The notes below the pieces were generated by a model. It saw only the letters and a list, made by a program, of their open reading frames with translations, had not been told where the DNA came from and did not search any database. A stretch of DNA of 64,000 nucleotides, taken from contig JAAYQZ010000052.1 in NCBI GenBank assembly GCA_012519025.1, positions 341 through 64,340 of the forward strand. Direction: 5' to 3'. Origin of the DNA: Bacillota bacterium. Its GTDB lineage: Bacteria > Bacillota > Limnochordia > DTU087. How positions within the stretch are numbered: position 1 is the first letter of the stretch; each line of letters begins with the position of its first letter. Made by a program: the position numbers and the translations under genes. This document shows, piece after piece, positions 21,131 to 30,610 of this stretch.

Positions 21131-22102
21131 TTAACCTAAGGATTGCCCTGTAACAGGATCAAATCTGAGTGCAAGCACTTCACCGTCAAAATCCATCTCA
21201 TATGTGATGATAGGGGCATAGATTAAAGCCGTTGCAAAGGGACTTGCCATCACCCTAGGTGCTAAGCGCTGCTTCAGCTCCCGGCGGCTTTTGTCATATT
21301 CCCACTGTGATTTGTTGAAGGATGATTCCTCCGTGCTTTGCCCGGCATAGTATTTTGCTAAAGCCGTTAGTTCCAATTCCAGGTGTGCTTGTGCCGGCTT
21401 TGCCCAGGCGCTGCTTTCATTGGACAGCATATAGTTGAGTTCTTGCAGCATAAAATCGTACGCTTTCTTGTAACTGATTTTTGCACGTGTTTTGGGTATG
21501 TGAGGCAGTGGAGTTTCTTCCAGTTGACAAGCCAATAAACTTTGAAAATAGCCGTAGAAAAGATCCCCGCTGATGAGATTAATGGCTAAATCCAAGTTGC
21601 GCTGTTGGCTCACATTGCCGGTAACGTAGTTTAAACACCAATGTATCAATAAATGCGGCTCATAGACTAACAATCCGCCGTCTGTCTCGGGAAGGGAGAC
21701 TGCTTTACCTAAGGCCGTGATCTCAACCACGTACTTGCTGCAGTTGCTGGCTTTTTCACGAACGATCTCCAATATGCGATCCCAGTGGTAACTTCCCGGC
21801 ATAAACAAGGCCGCATCGGGGTGTTTTGCGGCTGTTTGAGGTGACAAGGCTAGTTTGCACGTGTAGCCCGGAATGCGGCGTCCCTCGAGCAGACTGGCTG
21901 CTTCGTTACTTAAATGCAGCAATGCCAGGTTCGGACACAGCCACTCCAGCTTCATTTTCATGTATTGGCAGAAAATCTCTAAAAACTTTTGAAATCCCTT
22001 AAGAGCGGCCGGAGTGGGCTCTTTTATACTAAGATCTGTTAGGGATTCCACCGGTGTCTCTGCCGGCCGATCGTTTGACAAAACACTAGGGATATAACTC
22101 AA
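21131..22102 (-). CDS. YqhG-like protein
   Basis: Directly downstream of and overlapping a YqhH-like helicase; YEPHL, NLISG and WAK.A..LE.E...L..YY resemble the YqhG family; TTG 22102 after GAGGT. Confidence 0.6.
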   Translation of the reverse strand: MSYIPSVLSNDRPAETPVESLTDLSIKEPTPAALKGFQKFLEIFCQYMKMKLEWLCPNLALLHLSNEAASLLEGRRIPGYTCKLALSPQTAAKHPDAALFMPGSYHWDRILEIVREKASNCSKYVVEITALGKAVSLPETDGGLLVYEPHLLIHWCLNYVTGNVSQQRNLDLAINLISGDLFYGYFQSLLACQLEETPLPHIPKTRAKISYKKAYDFMLQELNYMLSNESSAWAKPAQAHLELELTALAKYYAGQSTEESSFNKSQWEYDKSRRELKQRLAPRVMASPFATALIYAPIITYEMDFDGEVLALRFDPVTGQSLG

Positions 22103-23891
22103 AGATACCGACCTCACTTGGCAGTTGTCTTGCCTTGAGAATATCATCACCCAATTCATCAAATTCATGCCGCAGTTCTTCCTCAGAATCAGCTTTTGTT
22201 AAGATGTCAATTACACGACTTTCGAGGGAGCCGCTCGCTCCAAACTGGCTGAGGATGGCGTCCAGCTCCCCAACGACCATTTCAAACATATTGATTTTTT
22301 CATGAAGCAGTTTCAAAATATGTTCTTCAATTGTTCCCGCTGTGGCCAGGTTAAAAACTAAGACATCTTGAGTTTGACCCAATCGGTGTACTCTGCCAAT
22401 TCTTTGCTCAAGGCGCATTGGGTTCCAGGGTAGATCGAAGTTCACTACTTTGTTGCAGTACTGCAGATTCAACCCTTCTGCCCCTGCCTCTGTGCTGATC
22501 ATTACGTCACCATAGCGGCTGAATAGAAATTTAGTAAACTCCTTGCGACCGGCCGAAAGACTGCCATCAAAATTAACGGTGGCAAGGCCTGCTTCCTCAA
22601 GATGTCTTTTGATAAATGCCTGAGTACCCCTATATTCAGTAAATACAATGACTTTTTCGTGACCATATTCACCCAGAATCTTTAAAAGGCATTCAATTTT
22701 AGCGCTTATCTCAATGTTTACGGCCATCTCTAAAAGAGATAGCAAATCTTTCGAATCGGGCCCAGCCTTTTCAGCCAGTTTTTTTAAGGTTAAAGCAGCA
22801 GCCCAAGAGCTGCTGCAAGCCTCCCGAAGCAGAGTAATATAAGGCAAAATGGTGCGTTTTAACGCAAGTGATGTCTGCATCTTTGTGCGGACAAAATTAT
22901 GAAGCATTCTGTAAAACTGCTGTTCTTGCTCAGTTAACGTGACAGCAACCGGATGAACAATGCGTTTTGTGAACTCAATAGTGCCTTTACCGCGTCGGTT
23001 TCTAATCATGACTTGACTCAACAAATTTTGAAGTTGTTTTGAGTCTTTAGGTGTGCGTTTATCCTGCACGAACCTCTGTTTAAAATCCCGATATGTGCCC
23101 AGCTGGCCCGGCTTTAGTAAGGTGATCAGGTTGTACAGTTCCTTAAGATCATTTTGTACCGGTGTTGCTGTAAGCATAAGGAAGTACTTTTTGGATATAG
23201 AGTTGATGAATTGCCAGTTTTGTGTGCGTGAATTCTTCAGCCGATGGGCTTCATCTACAATCAACATATCCCAATCCTGGGAGAGAATTTCTGCGGCATG
23301 GGGTTGGCGCTTTGCTGTGTCTATAGACGCAACTATGCATTCATGGCGCAACCAGTCATACTGGCTGCGCTGCATGACAACGGGGATGCGGAATTTCTCC
23401 CGCATTTCATAAAACCACTGCCTGCTCAAAGAGGCCGGAGTCAAAATCAAAGTCCTTCTCACAAGGCCTCTCAGCATATATTCTTTAAGAATCATCCCAG
23501 CTTCTATGGTTTTACCCAACCCCACCTCGTCTGCCAAGATGGCGCGTCCCCGCATTTCCTCGATGACCCGGTGCGCTGTAGCTAACTGGTGGGAATAAGG
23601 TACTACGCCCACTCTTTCCCAGTGGGTGGACAGGTGAGTTAAACACAGCAATCGGGAGACAGCGTGGGTGCGAGTTAAATCTTCTGCCTCGCGGCAAAGA
23701 CGATGCCACGCCCAAGATGCGTTGGGTTTATAGCGCATGCTGTGGAGCAGTGTTGCAAGACCGCTTTTGCTAAAATGCACTCTGAAAGCATCATTGATCT
23801 CTACCGGATCGTGGAAGGATTCAAACTTAGGTGCGTCAAGTAGGGCTCGCCTGGTGTTTTTCAAAATGGGAACAGTAATCCGAATCTCCAA
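22086..23891 (-). CDS. yqhH: SNF2-family helicase/ATPase (YqhH-like)
   Basis: LADEVGLGKT, DEAH, LTATPVQN, GLNLQ and PWNPMRLEQRIGRVHR motifs. Confidence 0.88.
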   Translation of the reverse strand: MEIRITVPILKNTRRALLDAPKFESFHDPVEINDAFRVHFSKSGLATLLHSMRYKPNASWAWHRLCREAEDLTRTHAVSRLLCLTHLSTHWERVGVVPYSHQLATAHRVIEEMRGRAILADEVGLGKTIEAGMILKEYMLRGLVRRTLILTPASLSRQWFYEMREKFRIPVVMQRSQYDWLRHECIVASIDTAKRQPHAAEILSQDWDMLIVDEAHRLKNSRTQNWQFINSISKKYFLMLTATPVQNDLKELYNLITLLKPGQLGTYRDFKQRFVQDKRTPKDSKQLQNLLSQVMIRNRRGKGTIEFTKRIVHPVAVTLTEQEQQFYRMLHNFVRTKMQTSLALKRTILPYITLLREACSSSWAAALTLKKLAEKAGPDSKDLLSLLEMAVNIEISAKIECLLKILGEYGHEKVIVFTEYRGTQAFIKRHLEEAGLATVNFDGSLSAGRKEFTKFLFSRYGDVMISTEAGAEGLNLQYCNKVVNFDLPWNPMRLEQRIGRVHRLGQTQDVLVFNLATAGTIEEHILKLLHEKINMFEMVVGELDAILSQFGASGSLESRVIDILTKADSEEELRHEFDELGDDILKARQLPSEVGIFELYP

Positions 23892-23932
23892 ATTGATCCC
23901 CCCAAATACGAGGCGGTTTTAGAGTCGGGTAG

Positions 23933-23962
23933 TAGTTTATCCGTTCTCTTAGTGAATTATAA
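23933..23962 (-). promoter_or_regulatory. sigmaF-type promoter of yqhH-yqhG
   Basis: Minus strand TTATA-15nt-GGATAAACTA. Confidence 0.55.
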
Positions 23963-23999
23963 AGGACAATGCAAAGCGCCATTAAGTGCTAAATTGTAC

Positions 24000-24028
24000 T
24001 GGACAATGGACAACAGCTGAAATATAAT
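24000..24028 (+). promoter_or_regulatory. sigmaA promoter of tRNA-Ala
   Basis: TGGACA-17nt-TATAAT ending 11 nt before the tRNA. Confidence 0.75.
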
Positions 24029-24039
24029 TAAGGTGTTCT

Positions 24040-24115
24040 GGGCCTGTAGCTCAGTTGGGAGAGCGCGGCGTTCGCAACGCTGAGGTCGAGGGTTCGAGTC
24101 CCTTCGGGTCCACCA
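24040..24115 (+). tRNA. tRNA-Ala (anticodon CGC)
   Basis: 76-nt cloverleaf, G3:U70 Ala identity pair, anticodon loop TTCGCAA, GTTCGAG T-loop, encoded CCA. Confidence 0.97.
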
Positions 24116-24118
24116 GAC

Positions 24119-24159
24119 AAAATCCCCACCGGAAACGTATTTCCGGGTGGGGATTTTTT
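24119..24159. terminator. Probably bidirectional terminator between tRNA and the convergent gene
   Basis: AAAATCCCCACCGGAAA / TTTCCGGGTGGGGATTTT long stem with A and T flanks. Confidence 0.85.
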
Positions 24160-24181
24160 ATCTACACCGAGTTATCACACC

Positions 24182-24658
24182 CTATACCCGCGCCTTTCCC
24201 GTCAAATGCTCAACTGTCATCTCGATCACTGCAACACTGGGGAAACCCTGTTCTATGTAGCTGATGCGGCTGTCTTTAGACACGCTGTCGCTGACAAAGC
24301 GCGCCACGAAAGCATCTAAGTATCTGCGTTTTTTGGCGGTATCTTCGACCAACGCGGCTTTGCCGTGGGCCACAGCTGAAGTATATGTGGTTGAAAATTC
24401 CTTGGGGATTACTTCCGCCTCCCCGACGACGAAAAATGAAACATGGGGATTCAACTTGATATTTTCAATTTTCTCTCCCTGCAGGCTGCCGTGAAACACA
24501 ATTTTATTATCATTGATTAGGACATGGTTTAAAGCTGCAGTACACGGCCTGCCGATGGCATCCACTGTAGCAAGCACCCCATAATCTGCAGATTGGATGA
24601 TCTTAACTGCTTCCGCCTGTGACAAAGCACGGTCTTGGCGGGTAAGTACGCCTCGCAT
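24182..24658 (-). CDS. Pyridoxamine 5'-phosphate oxidase-like (NimA-type) flavin-binding protein
   Basis: R.DR..S..EA..I....YGVLA, FHGS..GEK...I..NP.VSF, FSTTYTS and C-terminal TGK; ATG 24658 after AAGGAGG. Confidence 0.85.
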   Translation of the reverse strand: MRGVLTRQDRALSQAEAVKIIQSADYGVLATVDAIGRPCTAALNHVLINDNKIVFHGSLQGEKIENIKLNPHVSFFVVGEAEVIPKEFSTTYTSAVAHGKAALVEDTAKKRRYLDAFVARFVSDSVSKDSRISYIEQGFPSVAVIEMTVEHLTGKARV

Positions 24659-24737
24659 AGTCAAATTCCTCCTTGATCTAGTATTCCGCCAAAAGAATGT
24701 AATACCCTGCGGTCCTCTATCCAACTCAACAAATTTT

Positions 24738-25032
24738 AAAGTCATTGCGAACTGTCGTCTCATCACTAATGACTTCATCAGCCGCCATGATCTATATCCG
24801 TGGGTGGCCTGTTTGTTCGTTCAAGAGGATAAGCGGGGGCTTGGATATGGTGGTTTGCTTCTGGAACACGCCGAGTAGTCAGCCTGGCAAATGGGGTCTG
24901 AAACAGTTTATTTGACTACAAGACCATCACGGCTATTACGAACGACACAAATGGAACAAAATTGATGATGGAGTGGACTTATTTACATCCAAACCAACTT
25001 GCATCTATAAAAAGAGCTTTTCGCTTAACTAA
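24738..25032 (+). pseudogene. GNAT acetyltransferase remnant
   Basis: NDFISRHDLYPWVACLFV..KRGLGYG, TAG at 24876-24878, continues VYLTT, then a frameshift near 24921 gives DHHGYYERHKW..IYKK; no start or RBS. Confidence 0.8.
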
Positions 25033-25057
25033 ACCAGAATGGAATTTTCAATGCCAA

Positions 25058-25084
25058 ACAGGATTTCGCCCATATCAATAGAAT
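25058..25084 (+). promoter_or_regulatory. sigmaH promoter of the DUF58-DUF4129-moxR operon
   Basis: ACAGGATTT-11nt-ATAGAAT, full match to RNAGGAWWW-N11-RNNGAAT. Confidence 0.65.
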
Positions 25085-25116
25085 TATTTGGTGAAGTCTG
25101 GAAAGAGGTGTGTTTT

Positions 25117-26370
25117 TTGAATTGGTGGAAGCTTTATCTGTGGCTGTGCTTGCTTCTCATACCATTTTTCCCGGCAAAACCAATTTACTTAGTGTTTGTC
25201 TCACTGGCGATAGTTTACTGGGGCGGAGGTAAAGTACTCGATCATGCCTTTCGGAATGTAAAAATCACTAGGACTTCTGAAAGCACTAGGCTTTTCCCCG
25301 GTGAGATAGGTAGGGTGTCCATTACGTTTGAAAATGGCACTATTTTGCCCTTAGCCTGGCTTTCCGGGCATGATCATCTGCCTTTGGCCTTGGAAGGCGG
25401 CCGAGCCAGGCGCTGGGTGATTTCTTTGGGGCCTTTTGCAACAGAAAAAATCAGTTACTCTATAATTGCATCAGGCCGCGGTTTTTTTACTACAGGTCCT
25501 TTAGATGTGTCTGTAGGAGAGCCCTTGGGGCTGCATCAGTTTTCCACCTCTGTACCCTCATACCACAATATTGTTGTATATCCACGGATATATGAATTAG
25601 TTGATCTCGGTCTGCCTTCCCGGTTGCCCCACGGAAATATTCAAACCTGTATGCCTATTTTCCTCGATCATTCCCGCTTAGCCGGAGTGCGACCTTATCA
25701 AGCCGGGGATCAAAAGCAGTCCATCCATTGGAAACTCACTGCCCGCACGGGCGAGCTGCAGGTGAAACAGTTCCAGCACACGGTTGCGGTTGATACCGTT
25801 ATTTGCCTAAATTTGAATGCAGACGACTATACTGTCGGTACTCTCTACCTAGATAGTGAACTTGCCATTGAGACTGCTGCCAGTCTAGGCAATCATTTGG
25901 CCCAAAAAGAAGAATCCTTTGGACTTGTCACTAATGGCGATATAAAAGAAGAGCGCTATCTTGGGGAAAAGCAGCAAACTGGAGCGGGGAACACGTTTAC
26001 AGGCACCAACGGGGCAAAAAAATCCGGCACCTCTATTAGGCTGGCTCCCCGCAAAGGGATGGCACAGCTTATGAGTGTGCTTGAGGCATTAGCCAGACTC
26101 CAGTATTACTCAGGGGATGAGTTCTCTTCACTGCTCACACAAGAAGCCGGCTATCTGCCTTGGGGCGCTGTCTTTTTGATTATTGTACCCACTGATTCTC
26201 CCAAGCTCATAGATACAGCTCAAGCCTTGGTCCGCAGAGGATACCGGGTGTTGATTTTTGTTGTAGGCAGCAGCATTGTTCACCCTCAGCTGCTGCATCG
26301 GTCTACCGACTCATCCCTGCAGTTATTTCGAGTGCGCAAGGCCGAACTTGGAGTTTTAGGTATCAGTTAA
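25117..26370 (+). CDS. DUF58 domain membrane protein (MoxR partner)
   Basis: N-terminal TMs, VVYPRI, GVRPYQAGD..IHWKLTAR.G.LQVKQF, ELAIETAAS; TTG 25117 after AAGAGGTG. Confidence 0.88.
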   Translation: MNWWKLYLWLCLLLIPFFPAKPIYLVFVSLAIVYWGGGKVLDHAFRNVKITRTSESTRLFPGEIGRVSITFENGTILPLAWLSGHDHLPLALEGGRARRWVISLGPFATEKISYSIIASGRGFFTTGPLDVSVGEPLGLHQFSTSVPSYHNIVVYPRIYELVDLGLPSRLPHGNIQTCMPIFLDHSRLAGVRPYQAGDQKQSIHWKLTARTGELQVKQFQHTVAVDTVICLNLNADDYTVGTLYLDSELAIETAASLGNHLAQKEESFGLVTNGDIKEERYLGEKQQTGAGNTFTGTNGAKKSGTSIRLAPRKGMAQLMSVLEALARLQYYSGDEFSSLLTQEAGYLPWGAVFLIIVPTDSPKLIDTAQALVRRGYRVLIFVVGSSIVHPQLLHRSTDSSLQLFRVRKAELGVLGIS

Positions 26371-26408
26371 AAAGCGTTTTAGCAGCTGTTGAGGTTTTAT
26401 AGAAAGAG

Positions 26409-28076
26409 GTGATGCTTTTGGGGGCACGTCCGGAAAGTCACTTGCAGGAAATGGCCTTAGGATCATCACATCCGTTAAACCGCATCATCATGCCTTTGTT
26501 GGCAGCAGGCCTTGTGACAAGTCTTTTGACGATTGCCCGGCAATTTTCTATGGTGTTTTGGTCTGCAGTTGAAATCCCCGCCTGGTTGATTATCTTAAGT
26601 GGCGGGATTGCCTTGTTTAGCGTTTATACCACGGAGATTCACCTAAAAATGCGAACCCCATTAAGTCTTCGAGGATTGGAATTTGTCTTGGTGATGGTAT
26701 TTGCATATATTCTACTGCACTTTACTGGTCATGGCGACAATTATGGATTGCTTTCTTTAGCCTGGTTTCGGGATTTATCAATGCTTGGGTCCATGTTTTT
26801 CCCTGCCGCTGCCTGGCTTTTTGCAAGAGGCTATGGGCAAACCTTTGTCTATTTAGGTGACATTGCCCGGGATGTAGGAGACCAAGGGGCAGTAACTTTT
26901 TCCTGGGAAGCAGAGTCACTCCTGTCGGAATACCGCGTTACCCGTGAACGCACCCATGCTGTAAGCTATTTTGTACGCCGCTTCTTGTTTTACGGGTTGG
27001 TCTGTTGTATTGCAAGTGCCGTAGCAATTGATACTTTTGCCAACAGATTGCGATTGCTGCCATATTGGCATTTAGCAACCAGCCTAGCGGTTTTAGGATA
27101 TTTGTTCACAGGCATGATGCTGCAGGCTTCTGTTTATCTTTATCGGCTGCAAGTAATTTGGCAAAAAGTCGGCATTAGGATCGAGCAAAAGCTTCCCAGA
27201 CAGTGGCTTTGGAGCAGTACAGGTTTTATTGTCCTTATGCTTTTGTTTGCCGTTTCAGTTCCTACTGTTCTTTCTCCTTTTAATCTTTCTGAAACAGTAG
27301 AGAGCCTGGGCTCTTGGTTGGGTAGGGGGTTGGACTTTGCTTTACCCCAAGGAGAGGTTTCCAGCCAACCAAGCCACGGTAATGATGCAAGCATGGCCGT
27401 TGGTGATGGAAAAAGCGATCTGTTAAGTAAGATTGTGGGATTGTTCTACTTCCTCATGTCCATCTTCATGACTTTAGCTGTTTTGGGCATTGGGCTTGGG
27501 GTTATCGGTATGGTACTAATGGGCATCTTTCAAAAAGAGTGGGAGAGATTTGGTGGTCTGGCCCGACTACCTGTTTTCGTCTATATGTGGCTGAAAAATA
27601 TGTTTGCCGTGATTAAAAAGCTGTTTCGGTTAGCGGTGCGCCGGGGCAAGGGTCTCATGGATAAAAGCACCATGATTTTATCAAAAACACCAAAAGCTCC
27701 TGCTCCAGGTGGGATCCCAGCCCGCCCCGGGCGCTCTCCTTCTGCACCTGCACTTTATATTCGCCACCTTTTTGTGGAGTTGGTGGGCTTTTTGGATAAG
27801 CACGGCATCGGTCCAAAAGCAAATGAAACCGCCTTGGAATATGGCCTCCACATCGGACGCACGTTTCCCGAGGCCAAAATAGAGATACACAAACTGACAG
27901 ATTTATATTTGCTTGCCCGCTACAGTCTTTGTGACTTTTCCACTGAGACCAAGTTGGCAGCAAAGACTTTATGGGATATTATCATGGCCCATCTTAAACA
28001 ACAGATGATGGAAGCAGATAGAAAAGATTCGCAGTTTTTGAAAGGGTGTGGAACAGACGATGATGCTGCAAGGTGA
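26409..28076 (+). CDS. Polytopic membrane protein with C-terminal DUF4129-like domain
   Basis: Many hydrophobic segments; C-terminal G......ETALEY...LTDLY..ARYS. Confidence 0.7.
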   Translation: MMLLGARPESHLQEMALGSSHPLNRIIMPLLAAGLVTSLLTIARQFSMVFWSAVEIPAWLIILSGGIALFSVYTTEIHLKMRTPLSLRGLEFVLVMVFAYILLHFTGHGDNYGLLSLAWFRDLSMLGSMFFPAAAWLFARGYGQTFVYLGDIARDVGDQGAVTFSWEAESLLSEYRVTRERTHAVSYFVRRFLFYGLVCCIASAVAIDTFANRLRLLPYWHLATSLAVLGYLFTGMMLQASVYLYRLQVIWQKVGIRIEQKLPRQWLWSSTGFIVLMLLFAVSVPTVLSPFNLSETVESLGSWLGRGLDFALPQGEVSSQPSHGNDASMAVGDGKSDLLSKIVGLFYFLMSIFMTLAVLGIGLGVIGMVLMGIFQKEWERFGGLARLPVFVYMWLKNMFAVIKKLFRLAVRRGKGLMDKSTMILSKTPKAPAPGGIPARPGRSPSAPALYIRHLFVELVGFLDKHGIGPKANETALEYGLHIGRTFPEAKIEIHKLTDLYLLARYSLCDFSTETKLAAKTLWDIIMAHLKQQMMEADRKDSQFLKGCGTDDDAAR

Positions 28077-29031
28077 ACAAAGCAGACCGGATGTGACAGT
28101 GGTCCAAAAAATGGGCCAAAACATCATAGACAGTGTTAATCAGGTGATCATTGGGAAGTCCGAAGTGGTGGAGCTGGTTTTACTGGCACTTTTAAGTGAA
28201 GGTCATGTGCTAATCGAGGATGTTCCGGGCGTTGGGAAAACGATTTTAGCTCGTGCTACAGCCGCCTCTTTGGGGTGTGATTTCAATCGCATTCAATGTA
28301 CACCGGATCTTTTACCATCTGATATACTGGGGGTATCTATTTACGACCCCGGTAAAAGCAGATTTGTGTTTCAGCCCGGGCCTGTAATGGCTCAAATCGT
28401 GTTGGCAGACGAGATTAATCGGGCTACACCCCGAACACAATCGAGTCTGTTGGAGTGTATGGCAGAGCGCCAAATCACTGTGGACGGAAAAACCAGGCCT
28501 TTATCTCGTCCTTTTTTGGTAATGGCAACACAAAATCCCGTGGAATACGAAGGTACTTTTCCGCTTCCTGAAGCCCAACTTGATCGCTTCTTTATTAAAA
28601 TATCACTGGGCTATCCAACTGAGGCTGAAGAAAATGAGATCATGATTCGCCTACAGCACAACCATCCCGTTGAGTCGGTTAAGGCAGTTGTAACCCCGGA
28701 AAAGTTCGTTGAACTGCAGGAACTGATCAAAGAGGTTTATGTGGAAGAATCTGTACGGGAATATGCAGTAAAGCTTACTCAAGCCACCCGCGGGCATAAA
28801 GATGTTCTGCTTGGGGCAAGCCCTCGCGGCAGTTTGGCCCTTTTTAGAGGAGGTCAGGCCCTTGCAGCGCTGAGGGGCCGTGATTATGCTATACCTGATG
28901 ATATTAAACGGTTGGCACATCCTGTTCTTGGCCACCGGCTGATCTTGCAGCCGGAAAGCCAATTAAGGGGAATGACTGCCAAGCATGTAGTTGAAGAACT
29001 GCTGCATACAATTTCAGTGGAACTTGACTAA
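28048..29031 (+). CDS. MoxR family AAA+ ATPase
   Basis: EDVPGVGKT, RIQCTPDLLPSD, LADEINRA, ATQNP.E.EGTFPLPEAQLDRF and GASPR motifs. Confidence 0.95.
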   Translation: MEQTMMLQGEQSRPDVTVVQKMGQNIIDSVNQVIIGKSEVVELVLLALLSEGHVLIEDVPGVGKTILARATAASLGCDFNRIQCTPDLLPSDILGVSIYDPGKSRFVFQPGPVMAQIVLADEINRATPRTQSSLLECMAERQITVDGKTRPLSRPFLVMATQNPVEYEGTFPLPEAQLDRFFIKISLGYPTEAEENEIMIRLQHNHPVESVKAVVTPEKFVELQELIKEVYVEESVREYAVKLTQATRGHKDVLLGASPRGSLALFRGGQALAALRGRDYAIPDDIKRLAHPVLGHRLILQPESQLRGMTAKHVVEELLHTISVELD

Positions 29032-30437
29032 GAAAGTGACATCAGACGGCGGACAGCCGGTTCCACTAAATTCATAATTAAAGCAGGTATATTGCCCAGG
29101 GCAACACTACCGGCTAAAACTAAAACTGCCGCTAAGGTCACAAAACCGGTTTCTTTAACAAAATTGATGAAGGAAGTCCGCTGTGTTTTTTTAATGAGTG
29201 CAGCTAATTTACGTCCGTAGTCAATAGCAATAAAACCGATGGTGACAAAAACAATGCAGCGCAGTGCATACAGCCCACCAACAGGTTCTGCGAAAGCCAA
29301 AGTGATACCCACATAAGTAGCAAAACCGGGTAGACGCAGCTCTTTTGCGGCATCAATTATATGAAACACTAAAGGCCATTCGTCTCCCAAGTTTTTCGGG
29401 GTGAGAGGATTTAAGATCAATGAATAGGCCACACCTAGTCCTAAAGCAACCAAGGTAAAAAAGGCAGCTGCCAGCCCCGCAGTAGTTAAAGCACTTGCCG
29501 CTACTAAGGCTGTTCCAACATACACCATAGCCTGGTACCCTGCCTTGCCTAGACTGTGATCCTTCCCTATGGCTGCGAGTGAGCCAAAAAGCATGTTGAC
29601 CACCCCAACCGCGGCTAAGAAAACAGCAAAAGCAATGCCTGCATCGGGTAAAACAGCAAAAGCAAAGCGTGTAAGGCTGTAAAGACCCAAAGGTATGGAA
29701 CCGCCAATTAACACAATACCGGCACCCCTTGGCAAATGAGGAAGTACAGTAGGCAGCCAGATGTGCAAAGGAAATATGGGCATGCGCAGGGCACTGCCTA
29801 AAAAGACCGCTAAAAATATCCACCATTGGGCTGCAGGATCTAAATTAATTGGGATCAAGTTTCCGAGGGTTTCACCGGCACTAACCGGCACTTCAAAAGA
29901 TCGCCACAAATAATGCAAACCGGTGCCTAATGCAGTCGCACCAAGGGCACTAAAGCAAATAAAAAGTCTGCTGACATGTTTTGGGACCTGATCGTTCATT
30001 TTCAAGAAAATGTAGATCGGTACTAGACTAAGCACCCAAAATAAGATAAACAACCGGTAATCCCAGGCCAAAAACGCACCGAAAAGCGCGGTCTCCCAAA
30101 AGAAAAGCAAAACATCAAATCGTCGTCTGCTATCATTTTCCAAACCAGACATTAAAACGCTGATAAGTACTAAAAAAGCTACAATGGTTACAAACACGAG
30201 GTTGAGACCATCAAGTTTCAAAATATAGGCGCTGCCAATGACGGGTATTCCGGGCTTGCTTTCCAGCAAAGATAGAATAGAACCCGACATAAATGGCGGC
30301 CACAACAAAATGCTTAAACCCAGCGGTACGCAGGCAGAGGCCAGACTCAGCCTAAAAGCCAGACGCCCTTTGTCTTTGGGTGTCAATACAGCCAACAAAA
30401 TTCCAACTAAAGGTGATACCATAAGGGTTGCAAGCAT
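29028..30437 (-). CDS. Orphan NuoM/MrpD-like membrane protein with degenerate charged residues
   Basis: LDGLN, AFLAWD..LF..FW..SLVP.Y, MPIFPLHIWLP, GLYSLTRF and LPG motifs. Confidence 0.75.
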   Translation of the reverse strand: MLATLMVSPLVGILLAVLTPKDKGRLAFRLSLASACVPLGLSILLWPPFMSGSILSLLESKPGIPVIGSAYILKLDGLNLVFVTIVAFLVLISVLMSGLENDSRRRFDVLLFFWETALFGAFLAWDYRLFILFWVLSLVPIYIFLKMNDQVPKHVSRLFICFSALGATALGTGLHYLWRSFEVPVSAGETLGNLIPINLDPAAQWWIFLAVFLGSALRMPIFPLHIWLPTVLPHLPRGAGIVLIGGSIPLGLYSLTRFAFAVLPDAGIAFAVFLAAVGVVNMLFGSLAAIGKDHSLGKAGYQAMVYVGTALVAASALTTAGLAAAFFTLVALGLGVAYSLILNPLTPKNLGDEWPLVFHIIDAAKELRLPGFATYVGITLAFAEPVGGLYALRCIVFVTIGFIAIDYGRKLAALIKKTQRTSFINFVKETGFVTLAAVLVLAGSVALGNIPALIMNLVEPAVRRLMSLS

Positions 30438-30550
30438 GAATGCGTCCTCCGTTCCCCGAAGGCGAGGCTTTTTGAAAAGCTTCGAACCGTTTCTGTGAAA
30501 AAGAGAATATTCGGGAATAGTAAATTTAACCAGTGATGATCTCTAGTAGT

Positions 30551-30577
30551 GTTCAAGTCAGTAAAGGAAAATCCCTG
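30551..30577 (-). promoter_or_regulatory. Possible sigmaH-type promoter for the nuoM-like gene
   Basis: Minus strand CAGGGATTT-11nt-CTTGAAC; imperfect. Confidence 0.35.
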
Positions 30578-30610
30578 CCGGGGCTGACTTTTGTTTTAAC
30601 TTAGATCCGG

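Noticed and set aside
24055-24264. 69-aa ORF
   Set aside because: Overlaps the tRNA and its terminator; spurious.
24876-24878. In-frame TAG in the GNAT as pyrrolysine recoding
   Set aside because: The additional frameshift and missing 5' end indicate a pseudogene.
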